From assembly GCF_963921235.1 (NCBI RefSeq), contig NC_086097.1, positions 245,708,001 to 245,772,000 on the forward strand: a DNA stretch of 64,000 nucleotides, in the 5' to 3' direction. This DNA comes from Mobula hypostoma. Its lineage: Eukaryota. The notes beneath the pieces were generated by a model that had not been told where the DNA came from, searched no databases, and saw nothing but the letters and a program-made list of their open reading frames with translations. Both the position numbers and the translations under genes were made by a program. The stretch's first letter is position 1; each line of letters starts with the position of its first letter. Shown piece by piece: positions 10,904 to 24,155 of the stretch.

Positions 10904-12710
10904 TTTAGGCCTTGCTCTCTTCCTGCTACTATCATTAGGCAGGAGGTACTATGGCGCCAGGTTCAGAAACAGTTCTGACCCTACAACCATAGACTCCTGA
11001 ACTAGCGTTGATAACTTAAACTCACCCCAACACTGAACTGATTCTACAACCTACGGACTCATTTTCAAGGACTCTACAACTCATGTTCTCAGTATTTTTT
11101 TTTAATTTGCACGACCTTTCTTCTTTCACACATTAGCTTATTTTTCGTAAATTGTGTTTCTTTATTTTCCTGCAAATGCCTGCAAGAAAATCAATCTCAG
11201 GGCAGTATGTGGTAACATATACCTCGATAGTAAATGTTACTTTGAACTTTGTACAAGAATTGCAAAGATTATTTATTTTATATAGTTACTGAATGCTTTT
11301 TAACGTGTACTGCCAACACACCACAGCAAATTCCTGAAGTGTGTAAAAGTATAATGCGAATAGAGTTGATCCTTGATCCTGGATCCTTTTATCCGTTCTC
11401 CACGAGACTAAAAATGAAGTATGTACCTGGAATTTACCCTGAGAAGCTGGCTGCGCCGTGCCTTTGAGTACAGCAAGACCAGCGGCGGGTCGGATATTTT
11501 TGTGGGGCTAGCGGACGGCCTATTTTGTGCCCTCCGTTGACATGAAAGATCCGCTGACTGTAGCGATCATTGGCAGTGGCGTTGGGTCTGATTCTCTCAT
11601 TCTTCTCTCGTCAAATCTGTACCCCTTTAACAGCTAAAAATCAAGGATTTGACCTCTGTGCATTCCACTTACCATGAATAATTCAATTTAAAGTGATGAT
11701 TATAATTCACTTCATCAGAATGGGTCAAACTACCTTAAAACGCATGCAGCAGCGAGATAAGTGAATACCGCTTCGTCTTTAGCTGTTTTTTTTAAAAACA
11801 GAGGGCTGTGATCGCTAAATGGAATCGCTCCGTCTCAGATGACGCAACGATGCCCATAATTTGCAGCGAGGAGAGCCTTAATTTATTCTCTTCAAGGCAA
11901 ATATGGGTCAAATATAGTCGCTACATTTCAGCTGGGTCCTGCAATCCACCGAAATCGGGGCGTCCTCGAGCATGTTCAATTAATTATTTAAAATTCCGGT
12001 TCATACTGCCCGGAATCGGAGTCCCGGTGAAGGGTCTGGGCCCGAAACGTCGACTGTTCATTCCTCTCCATAGATACTGCCTGACCTGCTGAGCTCCTCC
12101 AGCAATTTGTGTGTGTGTATTGCTCTGCATTTCCAGCATCTGCCGAATCTTTGGTTTATGACCCACTTCCCAAACTTTCGCCAGCTGTCTAACACATTAC
12201 CAACAGGAGGAGGTCTGCAGATGCTGGCAATCTTTTGTTTTGTAACATAGTAGAAAATTGGAATTTTGAATCAGTCACAGATTCACAACACAGAAACAGG
12301 CCGTTCGGTCCATCTAGTCCGTGCCGAACTATTATTCTGCCTCGTATCATCAACCTGCACCTCGGCCATATGCTTCCATACCTCTCTCATCCATGTACTT
12401 ATCCAAATTTCTCTTAAACCGGTCATTTATAAAATGGAAATATCGAACACTTCTGTTGCAGTCTGGCTGTTTTCCCCCGTCTACGTTACTGTCATCCACT
12501 CCGGTCTATCTGCCCCTCACGGCCACCCTTTTCATCCCAGAGTCCCGGCGGTATCACACCCGAGCCAGGTTGATGGACAAGCGGTTTACTCCCTGGCTTC
12601 ATCTGCGTTGCTTTAGACTGAGTAATAAGGGGCTCGCAAGAATGTGTCTATTGATTTCTCTATTACTAGACTCCCTGCTTTAGAGAACCTGCCGAAATCG
12701 TGCTTTGGAA

Positions 12711-12720
12711 ACATCAAAGG
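12711..12720 (+). promoter_or_regulatory. Consensus TCF/LEF site in unique intronic DNA
   Basis: ACATCAAAGG in non-repetitive, CpG-retaining sequence; function untested. Confidence 0.3.
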
Positions 12721-15700
12721 CTGAAAGTGAATCGGCAGAGTCCCATTATTTCAAGAATTAAGCTTAACTCCAATTGGTTTCCCTTGCTCCTGTTAGGAGT
12801 CTCTCCCCCGCCCCCCCCCCCCATATGACATACCCTAGACAGCTATCAGCAAAGCGGGCGAAATTTCCGGGTGCACCCACCGAATTGCGCCCTAATGATC
12901 TCCTGATGTATGTGTACGTCTTTCGACTCCCCCCCGCCTTCTCCTCACCGTTTTATAGGGTTTGTTCCGAATGACCATTTCCACAACTTGCTCGTTTCCG
13001 TCCCGGGCTGGTCCCTCCGAGGGTGTGGAACTAAGTCCTGCTCACAGAATATAGAACTTTACAGCACAGCACTCTACGATCAATCTAACCCTTCCCTTCT
13101 ACATAATTCTATATTTTTCTTTAATCCATATGCCTATCGGATAGTTTCTTATATGTCTCTAACGTTAAATGCCTCTACCATCGCCCCCGGCAGCGCGATC
13201 CACACACTCGCTACTCTGGGTAAAAAAAACACTTCTGACATCCTCTCTGCACTTTCCAACAATCATCTTAAATGTTTGGCCCCTGGTATTAGACAACTGA
13301 GAATAATTAGCCATTGAGAGTAGAACTAGAGGTGATGGGTTAAGAGTGAAATGTGAAATGTGTAAGGGGGAGCCGAGGGGGTCGTGCGAGCTACCGGTGG
13401 GTGCGGTTTCGAAATCAACATTTAAGAGAAGGTTGGATGTGTACACGGAAGGGAGGAGTATGGAAGGGTATGGTCCAGGTAGAGATCGATGAAACTAGGT
13501 AGGATAATAATTTGGCACGGACTCGATGGGCCAAAGGGCCTGTTTTTGCCCTGTAGTGTTCTATGACTATTTCCGCCCTGGGTGGGGGGAACCTTCGGGC
13601 GCTCGAGATGCCGAATAAATGGAAGAAATGCTGGATTTTTGGTAAAAACAGAATTGGACTTTCAGAACTTCAGATGCTGTGAGGTACCTCACGCAGTGTG
13701 GCGATGAAACCGGGGCCAATTAGCAGTCAGGAAAATTCCACACTGGAACATAGTCGTTAACATCCGTAGTTGATCCGCTTTTATTTACACGTAATTTTAA
13801 TCTTACACTTTTTGACTCCCGTTTGAACAAGGAACACGACTTGAATCTTCAAGGGCATGTTCATCAATTTTAAAAGATCGTTCTATATTTCTGTTATTCT
13901 AACTTTGGGCGCGATTAGTGGTCAGTCATCTGAGTGCGAACATCAATGAAAACAGAGCACGATTCTTCACTGTTAAATAAATGTAACCTTTAGTGTCCAG
14001 GACATCTTCAAGGAGCGATGCCTCAGAAAGGCGGTATTCATCATTAAGAACCCCCATCCTCCAGGTCATGTCTTGTTTTCATTGCTGCCATCAGGAAGGA
14101 CGTACAGGGAGCCTGAAGGCACACGCTCAGTGATTCAGAAACTGCTTCTTCCCCTCTGCCATCCCATTTCCGAATGGACCTAGAACACTACTTTTTTAAA
14201 TTTCTAATTTTTGCACTACTTATTTAACCATTATATATATATATAGTATACTTACTGTAATTCACGGTTTTTCCTATCATTATGTATTGCATTGTACTGT
14301 TGCCAAAGACAGCAAATTTCAGACATATGCCGGTGATATTAAACCTGACTCTGATTTTGACCTTTCCGGTTTAATCAGCTTTAATAATAGGATCGCAATA
14401 TCATATAATCAAAATCTAAGAATGGCATTTTTTAAATTTTAAGGCTGCCATCTATATGACTAAGTATAACCTGTAGGATGAAGCAGAACGAATATTAAGC
14501 AATAATATTAAAACGTGTATGTTGCCACCCTTATTTTCTCCTGGCACCTCTTTCCTCGCCACGGATTTCATTCGTGCTTCTTTCTCAGGTGACAGACTCT
14601 TCATAATTTTGGCAAAAAGTCCAGCACGCTGGCGCAGCCGTCAGCGCGTCGCTTTACAGCGCTGTCAATCCGGGTTCAATTCCCGCCGCTATCTGTAAGC
14701 AGTTTGTACGCTCTCCCTGTGGCCACATCCGTTTCCTCCGGATCCTCCAGTTTCCTCCCATGTTCCAAAGGCTTTGGGATTGGTTGTTTAATTGGTCACA
14801 TGGGTGTAATTGGGCGCACGGGCCAGAAGGGACTATTACTGTGCTGTATCTTTAAATAAAAATAAATAAGACATAAGAGCAGAATTCAGGCCATTCGGGT
14901 CTGTTCCGCCATTCCATCACGGTCGATTTACTATCCCTCTCAACCCCATTCGCCTGCTTTCTTTAACGCCCTGACTAATCACGAACCTACCAACCTCCGC
15001 TTTAAATATAACTAATGAGTTCGCCTCCACAGCCGTCAGTGGCAACGGATTCCACCGATTCACCACCCTCTGGCTAAAGAAATTCCTTCTCATCTCTGTT
15101 CTAAAGCGTCATTCCTCACTCCCCCAGTATAGGAAACATCTCCACGTCCACTCTATATATTCGATAGGTCTCAATAAGATTTCCGCCACCCCGCCCTCCC
15201 CCTCGCCATTCTTCCGAGCTCCAGCGAGTACTTGCCCGGAGCCATCAAACGCTCCTCTTCAGTTCCATAGACTGACCATGGTATTGACTGGGCGATGCAA
15301 CGAGGAACGTCTGCTCAGGGAAGGGGAACAATTTGTTTGTTAGTGTCCGGAGAACGCTGCAATTGGTTTGTTGCCCTTTGAAGTATTTCACGCCGATAGT
15401 TCAGCATAAGGTGGAAAGATTTTCATAAACATAAGACTAGAAGAAAATTCGAGCCCTGGCTTAAGTTATTATTAAGTTTGGGTTCGCTTTAAAATTAGGT
15501 CTCTTTTAAATGATCAGGGCGCCCCTTTAGAATAGAGAGGAGGCAGAATTTCTTTCGCCGGAGGATGGTGATTCTGTGGACTTCATTGGCATGGACGGCT
15601 ATTGAGGCCACGCCATCGGGTATATTTAAAGCAGAAGTTGATAGGTTCTTGATTAGTCAAGGCATGAAAGTGTACTGGGAGAGGGCAGGAGAATGGGGTA

Positions 15701-16135
15701 GAAAGGGATAATAAATCAGCCATGACGGGATGGAGGAGCAGAAGCGATGGGCCGAAGGGCATGATTCCACTCTTATCCCTCATGGTCTTCTGGAGTAATT
15801 CAGCGCTTGCACTAAGAGATGGCAAGATTCTCATCAGTTAGGACTAAAATGAAAATCTGTGTCTTAGTTTGGATTCGCCAAAAACATTGGCGTTTTGATT
15901 TTTTTTTAAATGAGCGTCTTTCTTTACAAATTTCAGATTTTTAAGCTTATGAAATACAAAAAAGGAGAAAAATAAATGCCCAGGAGCCCGCAGTGATGTC
16001 GCCGCATTAATCTCGGAGGGAGCGAGCTGCCGCAGTGACTGGAAACAGAGAAGGGGGCAGAGAGCCGGTCAGTTGCCACTTACAATTGTATGTGTGCAGA
16101 TCAGCGGGACAGCTACCGAGACGGCAAAGCCTTCA

Positions 16136-16145
16136 TGATTAATGG
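16136..16145 (+). promoter_or_regulatory. PBX-HOX type motif (TGATNNATKR) in candidate enhancer
   Basis: TGATTAATGG, with TGACA ~10 bp downstream and palindrome TACAATTGTA at 16081-16090. Confidence 0.35.
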
Positions 16146-18256
16146 CGTTTACACTTGACACAAACTCCCTTTTATTTATCTGCGGTGCAGTTTAGCGATA
16201 TTATCGCTCACCTGAATGAAAAATATTCAGTCATACCAATATTGCGTTGTAAATTGAGTAGAGTCACTTTTTTTTATTCTATCTTTAAGCCTTATCGCCT
16301 GCACAGTAATTTTCTTGCCGAGGCTTGATATGGAGAAGCAGGATTTAGCGGTACTTGACACAAAGCTGTTTGAATTTCCACTGGAAGTTCGGGTTGCTAG
16401 CGGAAATATATGGGGAACGTGTCTCTTCGCAGTATAAATGCTGATAAGTATTTCATTAAATATGTAAACAAGTAATAGCCTGGATTTTTTCGGGACTTGC
16501 TGACTTTCTAATGCGGACCCAGTTTGCATACCACGCTTGTCGTTCCTCTTCCCTCCAATCAATCACCATCCAGTTCCAATCAGCGCGCAAGTAGACAATA
16601 TCATTCATCCTGAGAGTAATTTCTGAACTGGATACACGGAGTTTATAATGACCGAATAGTCACTGCGATAACGGCCGATGACACACGCTGAAAAAAAGAG
16701 AAATTCTCCGCATTCTCATGACGTGCTCGGAAATTAGAACTAATGTTAAACAAATGTTTATTCGATTAGCTGGCTTTAACGGCGTTAAACGTGAGGGGGA
16801 AGCTTCTGACATTGAAGTGACGGCAATTTTGCCTGTTATACAGTCCTCATGTCAACGTGTTTGTTAGTCTCTCTGTGTGTGACTCCAGCAACGAGCTGGG
16901 ATTCAGAGCCTCCCGGGTTCCTGCCTTCTCCGAAGTGGAAAGGCAGCCGATGACTAAATGTAAAGTCATTCCAAAAACGAAGCACCGTCTTCTGGAGATT
17001 TATTGTGTATATTCCTATCTTTGCATGATATTAGTTTCTGTTGCTTTACCTGCTCGGAATTAACCTCTTGTGAGCCATACCGTACCACGTTACAAGGGGA
17101 TGGACAAGGTTCAATGATCCCACTTCCGCGTAAATTGGACAGCTTTCAGAGCTCGAGTAACCTTTAAATTGTAGCAGATCAGAAAGGAGTTTGTTATTAT
17201 GACGCGTGTCAGGAAATTTGCTGTTTTGCGGAAGCATTACAGTGAAAGACATAATTATAATTACTCTAAGTTAAAATTTTAAAATATGGAAAAGTAGTGC
17301 GAAAAGAGAGGTCCCCCTTCCTTTCTTGTCCTGATGAAGGGTCTGGGCCTTACATATCTTTATCCCAGGGTTGAAATGTTTAATACCAGAAGGCATGCAT
17401 TGAAGGTGAAAGAGGATAGCTTCAAGGGGGATGTGAGGGGTAAATTGAGAGTTGTGAATGTTTGCAATGTGCTGCCTGGTAGATGTTTAGATAGACACGT
17501 GGATGTAAGGAAGATGGAGGGTGGTCTTTGTGTAGGTAGGAGGGATTAACTTTTTGGGGGAAGCATAACATTGTGTGCTGAAGGGCCTGTTCCTGTGCTG
17601 TACAATTCTATGCTCTATGAAGTGTTGACTGTTTATTCAGCTTCATAGATGCTGGGGTTGGTTCATGGAAATCTGATGGCAGAGGGGAAGAAGCTGTTTC
17701 TAAAGCTGCGAGTGTGTGTCCTCGGGCTCCTGTTCCTCTTCCATGAGGGTAGTAATAAGAAGAGGGCATATGACCATAAGACATAGGAACAGAATCGGGC
17801 CATTCAGCCCATCGAGTCTGCTCTGCCATTCTATCATGGCTAATTTATTACCCCTCTCAATCCCATTCTCCTGCCTTCTCCCCATAACTTTTGATGCCAT
17901 TACTAATCAAGAACCTATCAACCTTTGCTTTAAAATGTACTCAATGACTTGGCCTCCACAGCTCCCTGTGGCAATGAATTCCATAGACTCACCACCCTCT
18001 GGCTAAAGAAATTCCTCCTCACATCTGTTCTAAATGGACGTCACTCTGTTCTGAGGTTGTTCCTTTGGTCACAGACTCCCACAAATAGGAAACATCCTCT
18101 CCACGCGAGTGAGAAATCAGAGTTTTCTCAATTACATTAAAAAGTTTTAATTTTCTGTTCAAGGTTTAGAGTATGGAAGAGATGGGGTGAGATGGGGTCC
18201 TGATTTCCTTGTTTTCTGGATTACATGTGAATTATTTTACTTATTTTATGTAGAAA

Positions 18257-18885
18257 TAGATTAGATTAGATTATGAGGACACGCAGTCCTCTTTTATTGT
18301 CATTTAGTAATGCATGCATTAAGAAATGATACAATATTCCTCCGGTGTGATATCACAGAAATACAGGACAGACCAAGACTGAAAAACTAACAAAAACCAC
18401 ATAATTATAACATATAGTTACAACAGTGCAACAATACCATAACTTGATGAAGAACAGACCATGCACAGTAGAAAAGTTCAAAGTCTCTGGAAAGTCCCAC
18501 ATCTCACGCAGGCGGGAGAAGGAAGAAAACTCTTCCTGCCATACCCGACCACAGTCCGACTCTGAGTCATCCGAAAACTTCGAGCCTCCGATCAGCCCTT
18601 TGACACCGAGTACCGAGCACCATCTCTATCCGAACGCTTCGACCCCAGCCTCGGTCGCCAGCAGCAGGCAAAGCCGGGGATTTTGGGGCCTTCCCTCCAG
18701 AGATTCTCGACCGCACAGTAGCAACAGCAGCGAACCGGCGTTTCAGAAATTTCTCCAGATGTTCCTCTGCTTCTCACGACTGTCTTCAGCAAATCAGAAT
18801 TGTGCACGGTACCCTATTTAACAGATACAATATCATTTCACCGGAGAGCTGTGCGCGCTGCGTCGCGCTGCCATCTTCTCCTCCT
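18257..18885 (-). mobile_element. Non-autonomous ~650-bp retroelement (copy 1, internally deleted)
   Basis: Homologous to 24156-26785 and 50858-51534. Head GGAGGAGAAGATGGC; 3' hairpin GAGGAC-TGCGT-GTCCTC; (ATCTA)n tail. Confidence 0.75.
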
Positions 18886-19828
18886 GCTACAGCGCATAAC
18901 GGGCATTTTCAGCCCAACGAGCTGCGTCGCCCAGCGACTCACCGATTTAACACCGGCCTAATTGCAGGACAGTTTACAACAACTAATTAACTGACTAACC
19001 GGTGCGTCTTTGGACTGTGGGAGGAAACCGGAGCACCCGGAGGAGGACGTACGAACTCCTTATAGACGCCATCGGAATTGAACTCTGAACTCCAGAGCCC
19101 CGAGCTAACCGCCATGCTACCATAGCGCCCCTTATTATACAATTAGCTGAGTTACTGTTTGTTACAGGAATGTGGAGCATTGAACAGTAGCTGTTAATTA
19201 GTCCTCCAACTAACTCTATAAATGTCAATCAAACTATTAGGTTTAATTAACTACACCCACTTCAGAAACAGGCTTCCAGGTAATAAAATGCATTTCTGTT
19301 TCCTGCTGTTAAGCTGAATAGAGATGTGACTTAGTGAATTCTAGAACACTGCAGATGACTAAGGGCTGGTTTTATTGCATTAGAAAGAAAGCTGTATTTT
19401 TGTGTAGCTTCGACTTCTCTATGCCCCTATTGGGGCACAGGCTGTCGACAGCAGCTCACCAGAGCCCTCTGTCCTCAGCCAGTCTTTCTAGTTGTCCCCA
19501 GGTGTAGCCCATCTTCAAAGATTCTTCCTCTCCCAGGGACGAGGTCCCCGAGTGCCGTGGAGTGTGCTGACAAATGACTCAATCCAGGGGTGAGGAAATG
19601 ACAGACCTCCCATGCAGAGACAGAAACAAGAGTTAATTCATAGAGACTCCAGCAGAACATTGGTAACTGGACTGAGCAGCACCGTGAGATGAGTTATTCT
19701 CAAAGCACAGGGACCCTGCGATATACAAGGGCAGCTTTTCAGTACAGGCAACCCGCTGCTGCCTGTATGTTCTCCCCGTGACCACGTAGACTTCCTCTGG
19801 GTGCTCCAGTTTCTTCCTAGGGTCCAAA

Positions 19829-20185
19829 ATAGGAGAGAGGGAGCTACTCACTATTAAATGGGGCTTGGAGGAATGGAGACATTGGTTGTTGGGGAACAAC
19901 AAGTCTTTCCTGATCTGGACTGACCACCAGAACCTCATATGCAAACTACAAACCACCAGCTCAACCCACGTCAGGCCTGCTGGGCTCTCTTCTTTGAGCA
20001 GTTTAACTTCACCATCTCCGCGGCTCCAAGAATACTAAGGCAGGCACCTTGCCATGACAGTGTGACCCTGCTGAAACAGAGATTGACCCCCAGCCCATCA
20101 TTCTATCCTCTTAGATCCTCATCCTGATTGTCTGGGACTTTAGGAACCAGATATGCCAGGCCCTACGGCAGGAGCCTGCTCCGTG
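19829..20185 (+). pseudogene. Ty3/Gypsy pol (RNase H) relic
   Basis: [22 protein letters not shown]…IWTDHQNL, then after a frameshift [20 protein letters not shown]: typical Gypsy RNase H motifs. Confidence 0.75.
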
Positions 20186-20714
20186 GGTTCAATGTCCTTT
20201 TAGAAATCAGGTAGCAGAGGGGAAGAAACTGTTCCAGAATAGCTAAATGTGTGCCTTCAGACTTCTACACCTCCTTCCTGATGGTAACAGTGTGAAGAGG
20301 GCATATCCTGGGTGGTGGGGATTCTTAATGATGGACACCAGCTTCCTGGGGCACCACTCCTTGAAGACGTTCACTGATTTGGCCTCCACAGCCATCTGTG
20401 GCAGTGAATTCCACAGATTTCCACCTTCTGGGAATCAGATAAATCTCTAACCAGCCGCTGTCTCCCAACTCTCCTCCTTCTTCTCCCCACCCACCAACTG
20501 ATCGGACCAGACAGAGTAACACTTCAGCATGGTCTAAATGGGCCAAAAAGTTTGTCTCTGTGCCTAAAAATTCTTGAGGTACCAGTTTGACTCTAGCTCA
20601 GAATACTTGATTTGCGCTCCAAGAATATACCAAGGTCACACTAGAGTGTCAGCTGGAGAAACACTTGGATTTAAAACCTTCTGACATAGGTGAGAAGGTC
20701 ACTAATTGAATCTT

Positions 20715-21093
20715 GTTCGTTCATTCGTTATATGCTATGTTATATGGTGTGGGCAATCATGGTCTCATGACCACGATTGATCTTGGCAAATTTTCTACAG
20801 AAGTGGTTTGCTATTGCTGACTTCTAGGCAGTGTCTTTACAGGATCGATGACCCCAGCCATTGTCAATGCTCTTCAGAAATTGTCTGCCTGGCATCAGTG
20901 GTCATATAACCAGGACTTGTGATATGCACTGGTGCTCATATGACCATCCACCACCTGATCCCATGGCTTCACGTGACCCTGATCGGGGGGCTATATAGAT
21001 ATGACCCCTTGCCCAAGGGTGACCTGCAGGTTAGTGGAGGGAAGGAGCGCCTTACACTTCCTTTAGTAGAGAAATATCTCCACCCCGCCACCC
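20715..21093 (-). mobile_element. RTE-type SINE-like element (other copies 21700-21992 on +, ~28295-28672 on -)
   Basis: Three homologous copies containing the RTE/BovB-like gaaggcaatggcaaaccacttc motif and a (GAAC/GAAT)n tail. Confidence 0.6.
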
Positions 21094-22375
21094 ATGAACC
21101 TAACTACCATCTCAAAATATGCTTTACTTTGAACTTATGTTTTGTGCTGAGTGTTGTAGAGCCACACCTGTGTTTGCCATGTTCACTTTTCGGGCAGGTG
21201 GGGCTCGTCAGCCACGGTTGGCAGCTCATCTTGGAGAAGGAAGACTCTGATCTTAAACTTCTGCTGCCTTGAGGGTATAGCCACTCCTGGGGAAGGCTTC
21301 CGGAGCTGAAGTCCCTAAGGCAGTCCTACGTAGAGTTCCACATTGACTGGCAACCCCTGTGATGCCACTGGTGCCAAACCGTATTGGTGTCTGCTGATCC
21401 TTTGAATTCATCAAATGCATGGAGCTGCGTGGGCAACAGCTTGCTCTCCATATTGTACTGCCCTGGCTTGCATATCATGTGGAGAGCTCGGATGCAACGC
21501 CCATGGTCAACCCCGACCAACAAAGGGCTTCTCAACTTTGCCTTTTGTTCCAATGACTGATGGTTTTTGATGTATTTGGGTCTTACCTGCTGCGTTGTAA
21601 TGTAACTGCAGCCCATAGATTGTTACAGTGCTCCATGAACTTCCCTCAAGCTTTCATTTATCATGATTCTAGCAACACTTTTCAGTAAAACTTCATGTTG
21701 GGTGGCGACGTGGAGATATGAGCTGCTCCTTCATCCACTAGCCTGCAGGTCACCCTTGGGCAAGGTGTAGCACCTGCTTAGCCCCCCGATCAGGGTCATG
21801 TGAAGCCATGGGATCAGGTGGTGGGTGGTCATATTGATAATGGCTGCGGTCACCCATCTTGTAAAGACCAGTCCAAAAGAAGGCAATGTCAAATATCTTC
21901 TGTAGAAAAATTTGCCAAGGATAATCATGGTCAAAGAAAGATCATGATTGCCCATGTTATACATCATGGCATATATTGACAATAATGATGAATGCTTCAT
22001 GAGCAATGGTCATCTTTTGAACACGTTGCCCAGGTTGGCATTATTGGAGAAAGATTTCATACAAGGACCTCAGTCATTTTTTGTTTCTTCGGTAATTCGC
22101 AAGCACTAATTATAACAATCTGAATGCTGCTCTGGTTGAGAACAGTTAATTCAGCACAGATCTTGGTCCTTCCGGTTCTTTGTAGTTTGGAGACAAGGCC
22201 TTTCATTGATGGACAGATTTATTCTCCAAAGTAAATTAACAGTTTCCAAACTGCAGACTTGCGGTAAATCAAAGGAAAAACTCTCCCCACCATTGAGCAC
22301 GTCTCCAAGGAGCGCGGCCACAAGAAAGCAGCATCCATCAAGGGCCCCACCATCCAGGCCGTGCTCTCTTCTCAC

Positions 22376-22465
22376 AAAATAATCTGCAGATGCTGGGGTC
22401 GGGGTTCTGGCCCGAAACGTCGACCGATCTTTTCCACGTATGCTGAGTTCCTCCAGCGCGTTGTG
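22376..22465. mobile_element. PLE-derived 90-bp micro-insertion in a Rex-like fragment
   Basis: Contains ctgcagatgctgg and the hammerhead 3' half cccGAAACGTCgac; 16-bp direct repeat CGTGCTCTCTTCTCAC at 22360-22375 and 22466-22481. Confidence 0.75.
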
Positions 22466-24155
22466 CGTGCTCTCTTCTCACTGCTGCCATCGGGAAAGAG
22501 GCACAGGAGCCTCAGGACTCACACCACCAGGTTCAGGAATAGTTATTATCCTCAAAATCAGAATCAGAATCAGGTTTAATATCATTGGCACGTCGTGAAA
22601 TTTGTTGTTTTGCAACAGCAGTACAATGCAATATGTAATATTTAGTAGTTTTTTTATTTTAATAGTATTTTTATTAATTTAAAAAATGTATTTCTTCTTA
22701 TATTTAATAGTAAGAAGAAATATAATTTTTAAATTATAAATTTTTTTCAAACAGCTTATAACTGTTGCTTCCTGAAATTCCCATAGCTGCGGATTTCAGC
22801 TGTAGTAGTCCTAAATGTCAATATTTGATGATTCCCTTCAGAGGTGCATGCAAACAGTCAGCACTTTCCAGCGCCATCTTGAATCCTTCAACCATCAGAC
22901 TCCTGAACTGGCGTGGATAACTTCACTCACCTCAACTCTGAACTGATTCCACAACCGATTCCTATGGACCCGCTTTCAATGACTCTACGACTCAAGTTCT
23001 CAGCATTCTTTATTTATTATTATTAACAATATTATTTGTTTATTTTTGTATTTTCACAGTTGGTCGTTCGCACATTGATTGCTTGTCTGTCGTTGTGTTT
23101 AGTTTTTTTTAAATGATTCTATTGTATTTCTTTGTTCTACTGTGAATTCCCGCAAGAAAATTAAACTCCTGGTGACACATACTGAATGTACTTTGATAAT
23201 GAATTTATTTTGAACTGTGATGTTAAGGCAAAAATAAATTATGTTCAACTATTGGAGTGTGTAAACTGTTAAGCAGTGCAAGAAAATGGCAATAGAGTAA
23301 TAGAACACCACAGCACAGGGCTTTCAGCCCATCTAGTCCATGCTGAACTATTATTTTGCCTAGTTCCATCCACCTGCACCCCGACCATAGTTTTCCATAT
23401 ACCCCTCCCAACCTTGTACTTATCCAAATTTTTCTTAGATGTTGAAATCGAACCTGCATCCAACACTTCCACTTGCAGCTCATTCCACACTCTCACCACA
23501 CTCTGAGTGAAGAAATTCCCCCTTATGTTCCCCTGAAACATTTCAGTCTTCACCTTAACCCATAACCTCTAGTTCTAATCTCAACCACCCTCAGTGTTAA
23601 AAGCCTATCTATGCCCCTCATAATTTAGTATGCCTCTGTCAAATCTCCCCTCATTCTTCTATGTGCCAGAGAATAAAGTCCTAAACCTATTCAATCTTCC
23701 CTTATAACTCAGGTCCTCAAGTCTCAGCATCACCCTTGTAAAGTTTCTCTGCACTCTTTCAATCTGATAGGTATCTTTCCTGTAGGTAGGTGACTAAAAA
23801 TGCATAAAATACTCCAGATATTATTCGGCCTGATCCCATGGATCTGCACCAGGACTATAGCCCACTGTACCCTTGCCATCCATGTACTCATCCAAACCTG
23901 CGTCCAGCACTTCTGCTGTCACTCACACTACCCTCTGAGTGAAGAAGATCGCTCTCATCTTCCCCTTAAGCACTTCATCTTTCATGAGTCACGGAAAGTA
24001 AAAGGTGGCAGAATTTTCAGCATCTCTTCTTCTTTTTGTATATGGGATCAGGTTGTTGGCCTTTCAGCCAATGTTCATATTTACTTATTCAATTGAATGA
24101 GTTTATTATTTCCAGCAACTCTTATTGGCCTCCAAAGAGAGCATTCCCAGATATA

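Noticed and set aside
12020..12055. Functional hammerhead (also 45627, 56191)
   Set aside because: Catalytic core mutated (CCGGTGA, CTGAAAA, GAAGTGTC); treated as inactive relics.
11400..17300. Additional GLI3 coding exon (exon 4 equivalent) in the CpG-rich region
   Set aside because: No HPPVPIDARHHEGRYHY-like translation recognised; non-coding alternative exons cannot be excluded by eye.
19829..20185. RTL1/PEG10-like domesticated gene
   Set aside because: Short, frameshifted Gypsy RNase H relic without an extended ORF.
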